64,000 nt of DNA from Nitrosopumilus sp. (GCA_965218785.1 OZ244650.1:1408001-1472000); one strand, 5' to 3'; numbered from the stretch's first letter, positions 10,396 through 21,089 are shown. Program-made: numbers and translations. The notes: generated from the sequence alone by a model not told the origin.

Positions 10396-10524
10396 TTGCC
10401 GGATCTAAATTAAATCATTCGTCTTACAGATATCAAAAACATAAAAAAATCGCACAAAATCCAGAGTAAATCCCAGAATGGCGGCGAGTGCTTTTATTAT
10501 AGCTAAAATATAAAGAAATCTGAA

Positions 10525-11085
10525 ATGCCACAGACAAAACCCATTGTAAGCGTGGAGAACGTTGTAGCATCAGCATCAGTAGATCAAAAGATGGACCTAA
10601 ATGAGATTACCAGAACATTTCCAGACGTAGAATACCATCCTGATCAGTTCCCGGGACTTGTTTTCAGATTAAAAACCCCAAAGACTGCGACGTTGATTTT
10701 TACCTCGGGTAAGATGGTGTGTACTGGTTCCAAATCAGAAGACATGGCAAGAAAGGCGGTAAAAACCGTCGTGCAAAAACTTCGAAAGGGCGGAATCAAG
10801 GTCAAAAAGGATGCAGTAGTTGAGATTCAAAACATCGTAGCTTCAATCAATCTAGGCGGAAAAATCCATTTGGAGCAAGCTGCAAGAACATTGCCGCGAA
10901 GCATGTATGAACCAGAACAGTTTCCAGGGCTCATTCACAGAATGGTTGATCCAAAGACAGTGATTTTGTTATTTTCCTCGGGAAAACTCGTCTGTACTGG
11001 CGCCAAAAAAGAACCGGACGTTTACAGATCCGTAAACAATCTGCATGCGTTACTAGAAGAAAAAGATCTGATGATTTACAATTAA
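10525..11085 (+). CDS. tbp: TATA-box-binding protein
   Basis: Two TBP repeats 'NVVAS...YxP.QFPGL..R...PK...LIF.SGK.VCTG'. Confidence 0.97.
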   Translation: MPQTKPIVSVENVVASASVDQKMDLNEITRTFPDVEYHPDQFPGLVFRLKTPKTATLIFTSGKMVCTGSKSEDMARKAVKTVVQKLRKGGIKVKKDAVVEIQNIVASINLGGKIHLEQAARTLPRSMYEPEQFPGLIHRMVDPKTVILLFSSGKLVCTGAKKEPDVYRSVNNLHALLEEKDLMIYN

Positions 11086-11122
11086 TCAGATGCGTCTTTT
11101 AATCTGGCGTTACACAGTCAGA

Positions 11123-11452
11123 CTATTTGATGGGACTTCCAAGTGGGACCTCACCGTCCACTGTAAGCCAGAACGGTTTGTCATCAACATCTGCTGCCAG
11201 CAGCATTGCATTTGATTCGACTCCGGCCATTTTTTTGGGTTCCAAGTTTGCCACAACTATGACGGTTTTTCCGACGACATCCCCGGGCTGGTAATACTGT
11301 GCGCCGCCAATTATCACATCCCTTTGATCATTTCCCCCCAAATCAATCCGTCCTTTGATGATTCGTGATTTGCCTTCAATGGGCTCAGCAGCGATGATCT
11401 TTGCGACCCGGATATCCAGCCTTGCAAAGTCATCGTATGAGATGTTTGACAT
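11123..11452 (-). CDS. tRNA-binding OB-fold protein (Trbp111/CsaA-like)
   Basis: 'DFARLDIRVAKI' and 'VANLEPKKMAGVESNAMLLAA'. Confidence 0.9.
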   Translation of the reverse strand: MSNISYDDFARLDIRVAKIIAAEPIEGKSRIIKGRIDLGGNDQRDVIIGGAQYYQPGDVVGKTVIVVANLEPKKMAGVESNAMLLAADVDDKPFWLTVDGEVPLGSPIK

Positions 11453-11491
11453 AACAGACCCTGGGTGTTCTCGTTAAAATGAATTTCGAAT

Positions 11492-11707
11492 TTACTGCAG
11501 TTCTTTTTTATCAATTCCGCTAGTTTCAATCTCATATCTTAGAGCTGCTGGAAGTTCCGTGTATTTTTTGTTGACTAGCAGGATGATTTGATCCTCAGGA
11601 ACGTTGACTTTGTTTAATAATTTTCCACGCTGGTGGGCATATGCGTTTTTCCAAAACTTGGGACCATCAAGGGTTTGGATTTTTGGCATGTATTTTGAGG
11701 GTTTCAT
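11492..11707 (-). CDS. Small hypothetical protein
   Basis: 71-aa ORF with plausible composition, co-oriented with its neighbour. Confidence 0.6.
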   Translation of the reverse strand: MKPSKYMPKIQTLDGPKFWKNAYAHQRGKLLNKVNVPEDQIILLVNKKYTELPAALRYEIETSGIDKKELQ

Positions 11708-11860
11708 TTTCTTTCAAATTAGTTGACTGTGATGGAAGAGTGGCAAATGCCATTGGAACTGGAGTTAATGTTCCGGATTTTAGGCATGTTACCCACCACA
11801 GTCTATTTGAATTGGAATGGGAATCTAATATATTTAATGCTAAACGGGTGCCTGTAAGGC

Positions 11861-12298
11861 ATGACTAGAATTGAAGTTGAGGTGGAAATCAGCGCCCCGA
11901 TTGACATGGTGTGGGCCGTTGTTTCAGATATTGATAATGAACCCAGGTTTTGGAAGGGGACAAAAGAGATCAGGAACATCTCAAGAGATGGGAACACGGT
12001 AAACAGGGAGATCATAATAGCGTTCAGGGATCAGAGATGCCTGCAGGAGGTAAGGCTCCAACCCAAGGAGAAGATAGAGATAAGATTCACAAAGGGGATC
12101 ATTGATGGAGAGAAGACGATATCCCTTGTTCCCAAAGAAGGCAAAACAGTACTGCAGACAGTCTGGGACGTAAGGTTAACTGGTATGATGGGAGTATTTA
12201 CCGGAATGATAAAAAAACACATCAAAAGCGGCACGGAGCAGGCAATGAAGAGCATCAAGGAAGAAGTCGAGAGGCAGGTCAATGGAATTAATCATTGA
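11861..12298 (+). CDS. SRPBCC/polyketide cyclase family protein
   Basis: 'EVEISAPIDMVWAVVSD...PRFW' and a long C-terminal helix. Confidence 0.85.
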   Translation: MTRIEVEVEISAPIDMVWAVVSDIDNEPRFWKGTKEIRNISRDGNTVNREIIIAFRDQRCLQEVRLQPKEKIEIRFTKGIIDGEKTISLVPKEGKTVLQTVWDVRLTGMMGVFTGMIKKHIKSGTEQAMKSIKEEVERQVNGINH

Positions 12299-13499
12299 CG
12301 TACTCAACTATTCAGTAGCGGCAATTCTAATCGGTGTATGTGGTGCATGGGTATTTCTCATCAAATCAATGACAGATTCATTCAGACTGGCGCCATATCT
12401 TGACAAATTCGAGGATACATCAAAATCAAAATCATCATCACCCATGGTGTCAGTAATTCTTCCTGCAAGAAACGAACAAGAATTTATTGGCAGATGTCTG
12501 GATTCGTTGATTCAGCAGGAATATGAAAACTATGAAGTCATAGTAATTGATGACTCATCAGATGATGCCACATGGAAGATAATTTCAGAGTATGCAGAAA
12601 AATCCCCTAGAATCATCCCCGTCTCTGCAAGACCCAAGCCGGACGGATGGATGGGTAAAAACTGGGCATGTATGGAAGGGTACAGAAAAGCAAAGGGGGA
12701 GCTTTTGTTGTTTACTGATGCAGACACAAGATATTCAGAAAATGTAATATCACTTGCAGTGGCCCACCTGATATCACTTGACCTAGATGCGTTGTCTGTG
12801 ATTCCGAAAATGCTCACGTTTGACTTTTGGACGAGGATTACGCTCCCAATGATCTCCACGTTCTTGCACACCAGATTTTCGGCATTAAATGTCAACAATC
12901 CGGCAAAGAAAACAGGCTACTTTTTTGGAAGTTTCTTCATCTTGAAAAAAGAGACGTACCAGCAGGTGGGAATGCATGAAGGGGTAAAACAGCAAGTCAT
13001 TGAAGACGGCGCATTAGGAGGGAAGGTAAAAGATGCAGGATACAAGATGAGGATGGTAAGAGGCGAGCACCTCATTGATGCTGTCTGGGCAAGGGACAAG
13101 ACCACGCTGTGGTACGGATTGAAGAGGCTGATGGTTCCATTATATCTTCAAAGTGGGAAAATCGCCATCGGGATTTTCTTTGCAGTTACATTTTTGCTGT
13201 TTGTTCCATTTCCGATATTTGCCGCATCAGTGTTGCTGCCAGTGGAGACTGCATCTGCTAGAATGCTTTGTATTGCGGCATCTGCGGCCTCGATTCTAAT
13301 CTACGCGGGGGCAGTAATTGAAACAAGGGTGGGGCTGGGGCTGGGGCTCGTTTATGCGGTATTTGCGCCGCTGGGAGGCCTGGTAGTCGTTTTGGGATTT
13401 CTAAACGGGTTGATTCATGCAAAAGGCGCATCCTCAGTAACATGGAGGGGGCGGGTCTACTCGATGAGGGATCAGACTCAAAACTCGATCAGAGTATAG
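12282..13499 (+). CDS. Glycosyltransferase family 2 (membrane-bound)
   Basis: 'SVILPARNE', 'IDDSSDDAT', 'GWMGKNWA', 'LFTDAD', 'IEDGAL', and C-terminal 'WRGR'. Confidence 0.9.
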   Translation: MELIIDVLNYSVAAILIGVCGAWVFLIKSMTDSFRLAPYLDKFEDTSKSKSSSPMVSVILPARNEQEFIGRCLDSLIQQEYENYEVIVIDDSSDDATWKIISEYAEKSPRIIPVSARPKPDGWMGKNWACMEGYRKAKGELLLFTDADTRYSENVISLAVAHLISLDLDALSVIPKMLTFDFWTRITLPMISTFLHTRFSALNVNNPAKKTGYFFGSFFILKKETYQQVGMHEGVKQQVIEDGALGGKVKDAGYKMRMVRGEHLIDAVWARDKTTLWYGLKRLMVPLYLQSGKIAIGIFFAVTFLLFVPFPIFAASVLLPVETASARMLCIAASAASILIYAGAVIETRVGLGLGLVYAVFAPLGGLVVVLGFLNGLIHAKGASSVTWRGRVYSMRDQTQNSIRV

Positions 13500-13536
13500 C
13501 AAACCTTTTACATAGAAAAGATGGGATAACAATCTC

Positions 13537-14733
13537 ATGGACAGATCAGGCGTGTTCGTAGGAGGAGTCATAGGGGCAGTAATGGTGGTAATCGTCTTTA
13601 CAGTGCTAGTCATATCACCTCCAGAATCATTAAGGCCGGCAATCGTTGCAAGCAACGAACAATTGGCAATCGTTGCAAGCAACGAACAATTGGCAATCGT
13701 TGCAGATAACGGACACTTGGCAAATGCGGTAGAAGAGACGGTACCGACTTATACGACAGGTCTGTCGTTAATTGAAATTTTTGAAAGGACCGAGCCGGGG
13801 GTTGTAAGGGTAAACGTACAGAAAGACGCCGGTCCGGACGGTACAGGCGGGGTAGGCTCTGGTTTTGTTTTTGACAAAAAAGGACACATCGCCACAAACG
13901 CCCATGTTGTTGATGATGCTAAAAAAATCTCAGTCACGTTTCTTGATGGGAGATCATACAATGCAGAAATCATCGGCATGGATGACTATACTGATCTTGC
14001 AATAATCAAGGTGGATGTGGATCCGATGTTATTACATCCAATATTAATCGGGGATTCATCGAATCTCAAAGTAGGCGAAGGCATAGCTGCCATTGGAAAT
14101 CCGTTTGGATTGTCAGGTTCGATGACTTCGGGAATAGTAAGTCAGCTGGGAAGACTGCTTCCATCGGGCTCTGGATATTCAATACCGGACATCATCCAGA
14201 CAGATGCGGCCATCAATCCAGGAAATTCAGGCGGCCCATTACTGAATATGCGTGGCGAGGTTGTCGGCATAAACACGGCAATCCAGTCTGCAACGGGTGA
14301 ATTTACCGGAGTGGGATTTGCAGTGCCGTCACAGACAATTGTAAAGATCATACCAACCCTGATTAAAAAGGGCGAATACAAGCACCCATGGATTGGCATA
14401 TCAGGTCTTGATATCAATCCGGACATGGCAAAGGCGTTGGGGTTGAAGGATGCGGTGGGATTTTTGGTCATAACAGTAATAGAAGACAGTCCGGCTTACA
14501 AGGCAGGAATAATAGGTTCAGAAAAGACAGTCGAGGTTGAAGGAACCAGCTATCAAGTGGGAGGCGACATCATCTTGTCCGTAGACGGAATCGAGGTGAG
14601 AAAGATCGACGATATCCTGATACATCTTCAAAGGGCAAAATCCGTCGGAGATGAAATGGTTTTGGAGATCCTAAGGGATAGCAGAACTACAAATATTACA
14701 ATAATTCTCCAAGACAGGCCAAATGTGAATTAG
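13537..14733 (+). CDS. HtrA/DegP-like trypsin serine protease with PDZ domain
   Basis: 'GSGFV', 'TNAHVV', 'DLAIIK', 'QTDAAINPGNSGGPL'; N-terminal TM and C-terminal PDZ. Confidence 0.93.
   Translation: MDRSGVFVGGVIGAVMVVIVFTVLVISPPESLRPAIVASNEQLAIVASNEQLAIVADNGHLANAVEETVPTYTTGLSLIEIFERTEPGVVRVNVQKDAGPDGTGGVGSGFVFDKKGHIATNAHVVDDAKKISVTFLDGRSYNAEIIGMDDYTDLAIIKVDVDPMLLHPILIGDSSNLKVGEGIAAIGNPFGLSGSMTSGIVSQLGRLLPSGSGYSIPDIIQTDAAINPGNSGGPLLNMRGEVVGINTAIQSATGEFTGVGFAVPSQTIVKIIPTLIKKGEYKHPWIGISGLDINPDMAKALGLKDAVGFLVITVIEDSPAYKAGIIGSEKTVEVEGTSYQVGGDIILSVDGIEVRKIDDILIHLQRAKSVGDEMVLEILRDSRTTNITIILQDRPNVN
13638..13705 (+). repeat. 27-bp intragenic tandem repeat (AIVASNEQL, ~2.5 copies)
   Basis: GGCAATCGTTGCAAGCAACGAACAATT occurs twice plus a partial third copy. 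Confidence 0.9.
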
Positions 14734-15065
14734 CAGCAGTCAAGCCGAGTTCTTTCAGATGAAAAGCCAAAATCGTATGACAGTTAATTGCAGACAAAAT
14801 GATCCCAGGCAGAGTGAATTTTTCACGAATCGTAAAAAAATAGTAAGATCAGCCAAGATCACTATTTTAGAGATAAAAGATGATACTTGGACGTTATATG
14901 ATAAATTCAGGATGCACACGCAGTACCAGTATTAAAAAACCTCATGACACCAGATGGATTATCAATGATCGGCAGGCCAATCCGGAGAAAATTCACATTT
15001 TACCTGTAGATGCGGCAGAACCAATACAATACAAGCATAAATACTTCAAGTCAAGAATCTTTCTG

Positions 15066-16235
15066 TTGAACACGCTTGTGCTCAGTTCTGAGAGTCTAAA
15101 CAACGTTTTGGAAGACAGGGTAATTTCACGCCAAGACATTGTTGAGATTTATCAAAAATCAACAAAGGATCCTCACGAATTATTTTCAGCGGCACGAAAT
15201 TTAAGAAGCAGGTTCAAGGGGGGTTCAGTCACATTCTCCAAAAAAGCGTTCTTTAACATAATCAATTTGTGCAAGGACACCTGCTCGTACTGCACGTACA
15301 AGGCAGAGCCAAAAGAGGCGAAATTATCACTAATGTCAAAACAGCAGATTGCAGAACTGCTACATCTGGCAAAAAAATACGGCTGTGTTGAGGCACTATT
15401 TGTTACAGGTGAGAGACCAGAGCAGAGATACCAGCAGGCTCGCAGCTGGCTTGCCGAAAACGGATTCAAAACGACTGCAGAATATCTAGTTCATGCATCA
15501 GAGATGGCCCTAGAACTGGGATTATTCCCGCATACAAACGCCGGAAATCTCAGTTTTGAAGAGATGAAAGAGCTGAAAAAATCAAATCCATCGATGGGAA
15601 TTATGCTTGAAAATGTCAGCAAGAGACTGACAGAGAAGGGAATGCCGCATTACCTGGCCGAAAGTAAAAATCCAGAAACAAGATTAAAGACGCTAGAAGA
15701 CGCGGGAAGACTTGGAATTCCCATGACGACTGGAATCCTTGTGGGAATTGGAGAGACCATCGAGGAGATAATTGACTCGGTTCTGGCAATAAAACAACTG
15801 CATCAAAGATATGGAAACATTCAGGAAATAATTTTGCAGAATTTTCAGCCCAAGCCAGATACGGGCATGATGAACAAGCCATCAACTAGCGAAGAGTATT
15901 TCAAGACAGTTGTTGCATTATCAAGAATCATGATGCCGGAGATGAACATACAGATTCCCCCAAACTTGTCCCCAGGTTCGTATCAGGATTTCTTATCAGT
16001 TGGAATCAATGACTGGGGAGGCATATCACCGCTGACTCCGGACTTTGTCAATCCGGAATTTTCGTGGCCGGAAATTGACAGCGTGGATGAAAACTCGAAA
16101 AAAGCCGGGTTTGAATTAAAATGCAGGTTTCCAGTATATCCAGAATACGCCTCTTTTCTCAGCAAAGAGCTAAGAGAAAGGATGTCAGTTATTTCAAATG
16201 AGGAGGGGCTGGTAAGGGAGGATTATTGGAGATGA
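15066..16235 (+). CDS. cofG: FO synthase subunit CofG (radical SAM)
   Basis: CxxxCxxC 'CKDTCSYC', 'PHTNAG', 'TTGILVGIGE', 'QIPPNL', 'DWGGISP'. Start is uncertain; the ORF is open from 14880 and the TTG at 15066 was chosen. Confidence 0.92.
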   Translation: MNTLVLSSESLNNVLEDRVISRQDIVEIYQKSTKDPHELFSAARNLRSRFKGGSVTFSKKAFFNIINLCKDTCSYCTYKAEPKEAKLSLMSKQQIAELLHLAKKYGCVEALFVTGERPEQRYQQARSWLAENGFKTTAEYLVHASEMALELGLFPHTNAGNLSFEEMKELKKSNPSMGIMLENVSKRLTEKGMPHYLAESKNPETRLKTLEDAGRLGIPMTTGILVGIGETIEEIIDSVLAIKQLHQRYGNIQEIILQNFQPKPDTGMMNKPSTSEEYFKTVVALSRIMMPEMNIQIPPNLSPGSYQDFLSVGINDWGGISPLTPDFVNPEFSWPEIDSVDENSKKAGFELKCRFPVYPEYASFLSKELRERMSVISNEEGLVREDYWR

Positions 16236-17497
16236 CAGCCAACATGGACTCGTTTTTTAAAAACGCGGATCCCGTAATATCTGAAATCCTGGACAGGGCA
16301 TTATCAGAGAAGGAAATTTCTGCAAAAGAGGGACTAGAGCTGTATCATGCAACAGGGGTCGGTTTTCACCTAGTGGGACTTGTCGCCGATGAAATCAGAA
16401 GACGGAGGGTCGGCGATGTGGTATCATATGTAATAAATCGAAACATCAACTTTACAAACGTCTGCATAAAGCAGTGCGGATTTTGCGCATTTAGCAGGGA
16501 TTTTCGAGGAGAGGAGGGGGAGGGATATCTCCTGCCCATCAGCGAGATTGTGCGAAGGGCAAAAGAGGCGCATCAGCTGGGGGCAACTGAAGTCTGCATT
16601 CAGGCAGGACTTCCGCCGGATATGGATGGGGAACTGTACGAAAACATATGCAGGGAGATCAAAAAAGAGATTCCAGACATCCACATTCATGGGTTTTCAC
16701 CCGAAGAGATTCTGTACGGGGCGTCAAGATCAAACGTGTCAATTGAGGAATTTCTAGGGAGGATCAAGGAGGCAGGAGTAGATACGCTTCCAGGCACGTC
16801 TGCGGAAATTCTTGATCAGAAACTAAGGGACAAGATTTCTCCAGGAAGAATCAGCGTAGATGATTGGGAGAAGGTCATCAAGACCGCGCATAAAATGGGA
16901 ATCAATACAACATCAACTATGATGTTCGGACATCTAGAGACACTAGAGGACAGGGTAAGACACATTGCAAAACTAAGGGAGATTCAAAAAGAGACAAAGG
17001 GATTTACGGAATTTGTCCCTCTAAACTTTATTCCATCTGAGGCTCCAATGTACAAGCACAAACTGCATCAAGGAATCAGGGAAGGGGCAAACGGAAACGA
17101 TGTCTTGCTTACCCACGCGATTGCAAGAATAATGCTGAATAATTCAATTGACAATCTGCAGATGTCATGGGTAAAGGAAGGACCAAAGATGTCTCAGCTG
17201 CTTTTGATGTGGGGCGCAAATGATTTTGGAGGAACACTGATCAACGAGAGCATATCAACATCGGCAGGTTCAGAACATGGCCAGTTACTAAGACCAAAGG
17301 AGGTCAGGAGGATGGCAAGGGAGATTGGAAGAATTCCTGCAGAAAGAAATACGGAATATGCCATTCTGAAAAAGTTTGATGGTCTCAACGATGTCGAGGA
17401 CAAGCTTGACGGGGTTGCAGACACATCACAGTTTGGCTCATACATGGAACTAATCAAGATCAATAAATTCAGGTACAAAAATCCAAGGAGTGAATAG
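16232..17497 (+). CDS. cofH: FO synthase subunit CofH (radical SAM)
   Basis: 'NRNINFTNVCIKQCGFCAF', 'PGTSAEIL', 'SWVKEG', 'GANDFGGTLINE'; directly follows cofG. Confidence 0.92.
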   Translation: MTANMDSFFKNADPVISEILDRALSEKEISAKEGLELYHATGVGFHLVGLVADEIRRRRVGDVVSYVINRNINFTNVCIKQCGFCAFSRDFRGEEGEGYLLPISEIVRRAKEAHQLGATEVCIQAGLPPDMDGELYENICREIKKEIPDIHIHGFSPEEILYGASRSNVSIEEFLGRIKEAGVDTLPGTSAEILDQKLRDKISPGRISVDDWEKVIKTAHKMGINTTSTMMFGHLETLEDRVRHIAKLREIQKETKGFTEFVPLNFIPSEAPMYKHKLHQGIREGANGNDVLLTHAIARIMLNNSIDNLQMSWVKEGPKMSQLLLMWGANDFGGTLINESISTSAGSEHGQLLRPKEVRRMAREIGRIPAERNTEYAILKKFDGLNDVEDKLDGVADTSQFGSYMELIKINKFRYKNPRSE

Positions 17498-18859
17498 TTG
17501 TCGGCCTTAGAAAAGGCGTTAAACCACTCAAGGAACGTGGGAATAGACGAATGTGAAATAATTGTCGTAAAAAAGAAAATAACAACCGTAAGAATCACCG
17601 ATTCGGAGATTGCAGAAGTCAAACAAAACTTTGATGAGGATTACGGCATGCGGATAATTCACGATAAAAAAATCGCGTCAGTTGGGACGACCAGCCAGGA
17701 AGACATGGAAAAAGCAATCGATAGCGCATTTGAGACATCCTCAAAGCTCAGGGTGCAGCAGTTCTGGCAGGGACTGCCCCATCAGGCGACATCTGACAGG
17801 CCAATAGATGGCACATTTGATGAACGGTTAGAGAGGATTTCCGGCACGGATGCGATGGATATCGCACAAAATATGATAAATTCGGCAAATAGTGATATGG
17901 TAAGTACGATTACGGGATCATTGAATATAGTTTCAGAAGACGTTGAGATGGTAAATTCAAACGGGCTGGATCTAAATGACAGGGCAACATACATTTCAGG
18001 AATCATTAATGCAGAATCCGAACACGGGTCACTGCCGGTATCGGGGATCGGTCATGCAAGCGGCAGGACACTGGCGAATTTTTCTGCAGAACAGATAGGA
18101 TGTGATGCGCAGATAATGTGCGCAGAGTCTATAAATCCACAAAAGGTTGACTCGGACAGGTATTCCATAATTTTCGAGCCGTACTCGGTGGGGGAACTGT
18201 TGGCATTTGTCGTGGCAGCAAATTTTAACTTTAAAATATTTTCAGAAAAGAAGAGCTGTTTTTCAAATAATTTCGGAGATAAAATTGCAGATGGGCAGTT
18301 TAATCTAATTGATGATCCACACATTCCTGAGGGAATTGGAACAAAATCAGTAGATGATGAGGGGGTAAAAACCCAGAGAAGGCATTTGATAAAAGACGGG
18401 GTTTTTAAAAACACTTTTTCAAACCTGTTTGATGGCTACAAGGAAGGCGGGCAGTCTTCAGGCAATGCATCAAGACCGGGTTCCCCCATGGGAAGAAGCT
18501 CAGATCCGATTCCAATTTCCGCACCTCATAATCTCATAGTCGACACCGGCGGAATTTCCCAGGAGGAGATGATCAAAAATACAAGACATGGATTGCTAGT
18601 TGGGAGGTTGTGGTACACGTATGCAGTAAACCCAATCAGGGGTGATTTTTCATGTACTGCAAGAAGCGGGATAAGAATTATCGAGAACGGGAGGATAAAG
18701 GGTCCTGGAAAATCAGTCAGGATAATACACAATCTTCCCGCCATGATAAAGGATATCTCAGAGATCGGCAATGACCAAAAAAACGTGATTCAGTGGGCGT
18801 CGCTTCCATCAGTTGCACCGTCAATCAGGGTTGAAAACATCAGGGCAGACCCCATTTAA
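17498..18859 (+). CDS. TldD/PmbA family protein
   Basis: 'DDP...G......DDEGV', 'GNASR', 'GDFS'; 453 aa. Confidence 0.88.
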   Translation: MSALEKALNHSRNVGIDECEIIVVKKKITTVRITDSEIAEVKQNFDEDYGMRIIHDKKIASVGTTSQEDMEKAIDSAFETSSKLRVQQFWQGLPHQATSDRPIDGTFDERLERISGTDAMDIAQNMINSANSDMVSTITGSLNIVSEDVEMVNSNGLDLNDRATYISGIINAESEHGSLPVSGIGHASGRTLANFSAEQIGCDAQIMCAESINPQKVDSDRYSIIFEPYSVGELLAFVVAANFNFKIFSEKKSCFSNNFGDKIADGQFNLIDDPHIPEGIGTKSVDDEGVKTQRRHLIKDGVFKNTFSNLFDGYKEGGQSSGNASRPGSPMGRSSDPIPISAPHNLIVDTGGISQEEMIKNTRHGLLVGRLWYTYAVNPIRGDFSCTARSGIRIIENGRIKGPGKSVRIIHNLPAMIKDISEIGNDQKNVIQWASLPSVAPSIRVENIRADPI

Positions 18860-18878
18860 TGCCGGATTCAGGCACGGA

Positions 18879-19814
18879 TTATTTAAAAAACGTGATTGCC
18901 AGATAGGCGACATATCCGGCAGCCAGGCAGACTCCCATGGTACGGTTTATGATTCCAGTCTTTAAGGCAATGAGTAGTGTAAGGCTAAAGACAATCATAA
19001 TTGCATAATCAACGTACACATCAGATACAATTGCCACGCCGCCAAGTGCGGCACCAACGCCCATTATCATCAGAATGTTATAGATGTTACTTCCGATGAT
19101 GTTTCCAATGCCAATATCTGCATGTCCCTTTCGGATTGCCATGATGGACGTGATTAATTCCGGAAGGGAGGTTCCTATTGCAATTACAGTAAGCCCTATA
19201 ATTTTTTCAGACAATCCAAACTCCTTTGCCAAAATTACGGCGTTATCAACTGTCAGAATCGCACCAACATACAAAAGAACGATTCCAACCCCGATTAGTC
19301 CGATGTGTTTTAGGTATATGCTGCCTTTATCTTGTTGAACTTTCTCCCTGTTTTCCTTTCTTTGTTTCATTGCATCCCTGTAAGTATAAAATCCAAATAC
19401 GCCAAAGCCGACAAGCAGTAAAATTCCATCGTAAACAGACAGACTGCCGTCAATGGAGATTAATACAAGCAAAACAGAGACGCCCAGCATGATTGGGATT
19501 TCTTTTCGTAACACGGATTTGCTGACTAGCAGGGGCGTGATAATTGCCGCAATGCCGATTACCATCCCAACATTTGCAATGTTGCTTCCAATTACGTTTC
19601 CCAAAATGATTGCGCTGTGTTCTCCGGATGCTGCAATACTAGCAGCCAACTCAGGAGTGGAGGTGCCATATGCCACGATAGTCATTCCGATGACAAGATT
19701 GCTTATTTGGAATTTTCTTGCAATGGCAACGCTGCCACTGACTAACCAGTTCCCACCAAAACACAGCAGGGCCAATCCGACCACGGTCAATACCGCACTT
19801 ACTAAAACCTCCAC
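18879..19814 (-). CDS. Calcium/sodium antiporter (YrbG-like)
   Basis: Two alpha repeats 'GTS.PEL...GN.IGSNI.N'. Confidence 0.92.
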   Translation of the reverse strand: MEVLVSAVLTVVGLALLCFGGNWLVSGSVAIARKFQISNLVIGMTIVAYGTSTPELAASIAASGEHSAIILGNVIGSNIANVGMVIGIAAIITPLLVSKSVLRKEIPIMLGVSVLLVLISIDGSLSVYDGILLLVGFGVFGFYTYRDAMKQRKENREKVQQDKGSIYLKHIGLIGVGIVLLYVGAILTVDNAVILAKEFGLSEKIIGLTVIAIGTSLPELITSIMAIRKGHADIGIGNIIGSNIYNILMIMGVGAALGGVAIVSDVYVDYAIMIVFSLTLLIALKTGIINRTMGVCLAAGYVAYLAITFFK

Positions 19815-19970
19815 AATGAAATTTCAAGTTTCGGTTGCTTAAAGTAGATGATTCATTATAATTTCACAATTCCAATAATTGGAGTAAACCTGAATCCAGG
19901 TATCAGGCACAAAATAGATGTAAAAAAATCATCCACATGGATCAATAAAGCCCAAGTTAAAGACTAATAA

Positions 19971-20000
19971 GGTACTATACCGTACTATACAGTATGATAC
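19971..20000 (+). promoter_or_regulatory. 10-bp-period direct repeats overlapping the start codon of the wHTH gene
   Basis: GGTACTATAC-CGTACTATAC-AGTATGATAC. Confidence 0.5.
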
Positions 20001-20341
20001 GCTCAAGACTTACATACGTACCACTAGAAGTAGCCGATCAATTCGAAGATTTCATCATAAAAAGAGACGAACAGGTACTTGATGCAGTAAAAGCAAGGAC
20101 GCGTGACTATAGTACGCTGTCTTTGCTAAAGTTACTGTATCAGCTCCGAGGGAATCCCATGACATTTTCTAAATTGTACTCAAAGTCAAAGATCAGGATG
20201 AAAAAATCATTTCTGAATTATCTGCATCTGTGTGTGAATTACAATTTTATCAAAAAAGAACCGGTCGGAATAAACGTGATTTATTCGATTACAGACAAGG
20301 GACGGACCATGTTAAACCTGTTTATGCAGAAAGGTAATTAG
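19994..20341 (+). CDS. Winged helix-turn-helix protein
   Basis: 'MTFSKLY...FLNYL....NFIKK......YSITDKGR' matches a wHTH wing signature. Confidence 0.8.
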   Translation: MIRSRLTYVPLEVADQFEDFIIKRDEQVLDAVKARTRDYSTLSLLKLLYQLRGNPMTFSKLYSKSKIRMKKSFLNYLHLCVNYNFIKKEPVGINVIYSITDKGRTMLNLFMQKGN

Positions 20342-20363
20342 ACAGAAAAAATCGACGTAAACA

Positions 20364-21089
20364 ATGCAAAAAGAGTTTCCAGAGGCTGAGATCTTTGAGA
20401 CAAAAAAAACCGAATTGAAGAATCCTATAATCTTTGCCGGTTTTGTAGGAGCCGGTCTCGTAGGTCCTGTTGCAATTAACCACATTATTGAAAAGCTAGA
20501 GATGGAAGAGATTGGTGTGATGAGATCAAGATATCTTCCCCCATCCACAGTCTTCATGAGAGGCAGACTGCGTCACCCATTTAGATTCTATGCAAATCAG
20601 GAAGGGACGATATGTGCAATAATCTGCGAGATAACGCTAAAGATGGAAGGGCTGTATTGTTTGGTATCATCGATTTTAGATTGGGCAGAGCAAAAGGGAT
20701 CCAAAGAGATCGTCATTTTAGACGGGGTTGCCAGTACCGAACACGATGACAAAGCATACTGTGCCGCAGAAGAGGATTTGATAAGAACCATGGCAGACAA
20801 GGACATCAGCATGATTCCACAGGGATTTATCACGGGAATTCCAGGAGGCATACTAAACGAATGCCTGGTAAGGGAGATTCAAGGGCTTACTCTGCTGGCA
20901 AAGGCAAACCAGGGTGGGCCGGACTCGGCAGCAGCTGCAACCCTGATTGAGGCACTAAATAGATTCTATGAGATGAATATAGACACGGCAGAGCTTCAGG
21001 AAAACAAGGAAAAGATCAACTCGGAGTTTAGCGAATTATCCCAAAAATATACAGCGCATCGAGAAGAGACATCCGGGATGTACATGTGA
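20364..21089 (+). CDS. Proteasome assembly chaperone (PAC2) family protein
   Basis: 'GFVGAGLVG', 'GIPGGIL', 'PDSAAAATLIEAL'; C-terminal 'MYM' HbYX-type tail. Confidence 0.88.
   Translation: MQKEFPEAEIFETKKTELKNPIIFAGFVGAGLVGPVAINHIIEKLEMEEIGVMRSRYLPPSTVFMRGRLRHPFRFYANQEGTICAIICEITLKMEGLYCLVSSILDWAEQKGSKEIVILDGVASTEHDDKAYCAAEEDLIRTMADKDISMIPQGFITGIPGGILNECLVREIQGLTLLAKANQGGPDSAAAATLIEALNRFYEMNIDTAELQENKEKINSEFSELSQKYTAHREETSGMYM

Noticed and set aside
14880-15065. N-terminal extension of CofG
   Set aside because: It looks like intergenic sequence that happens to be in frame; CofG-like sequence starts near 15066.
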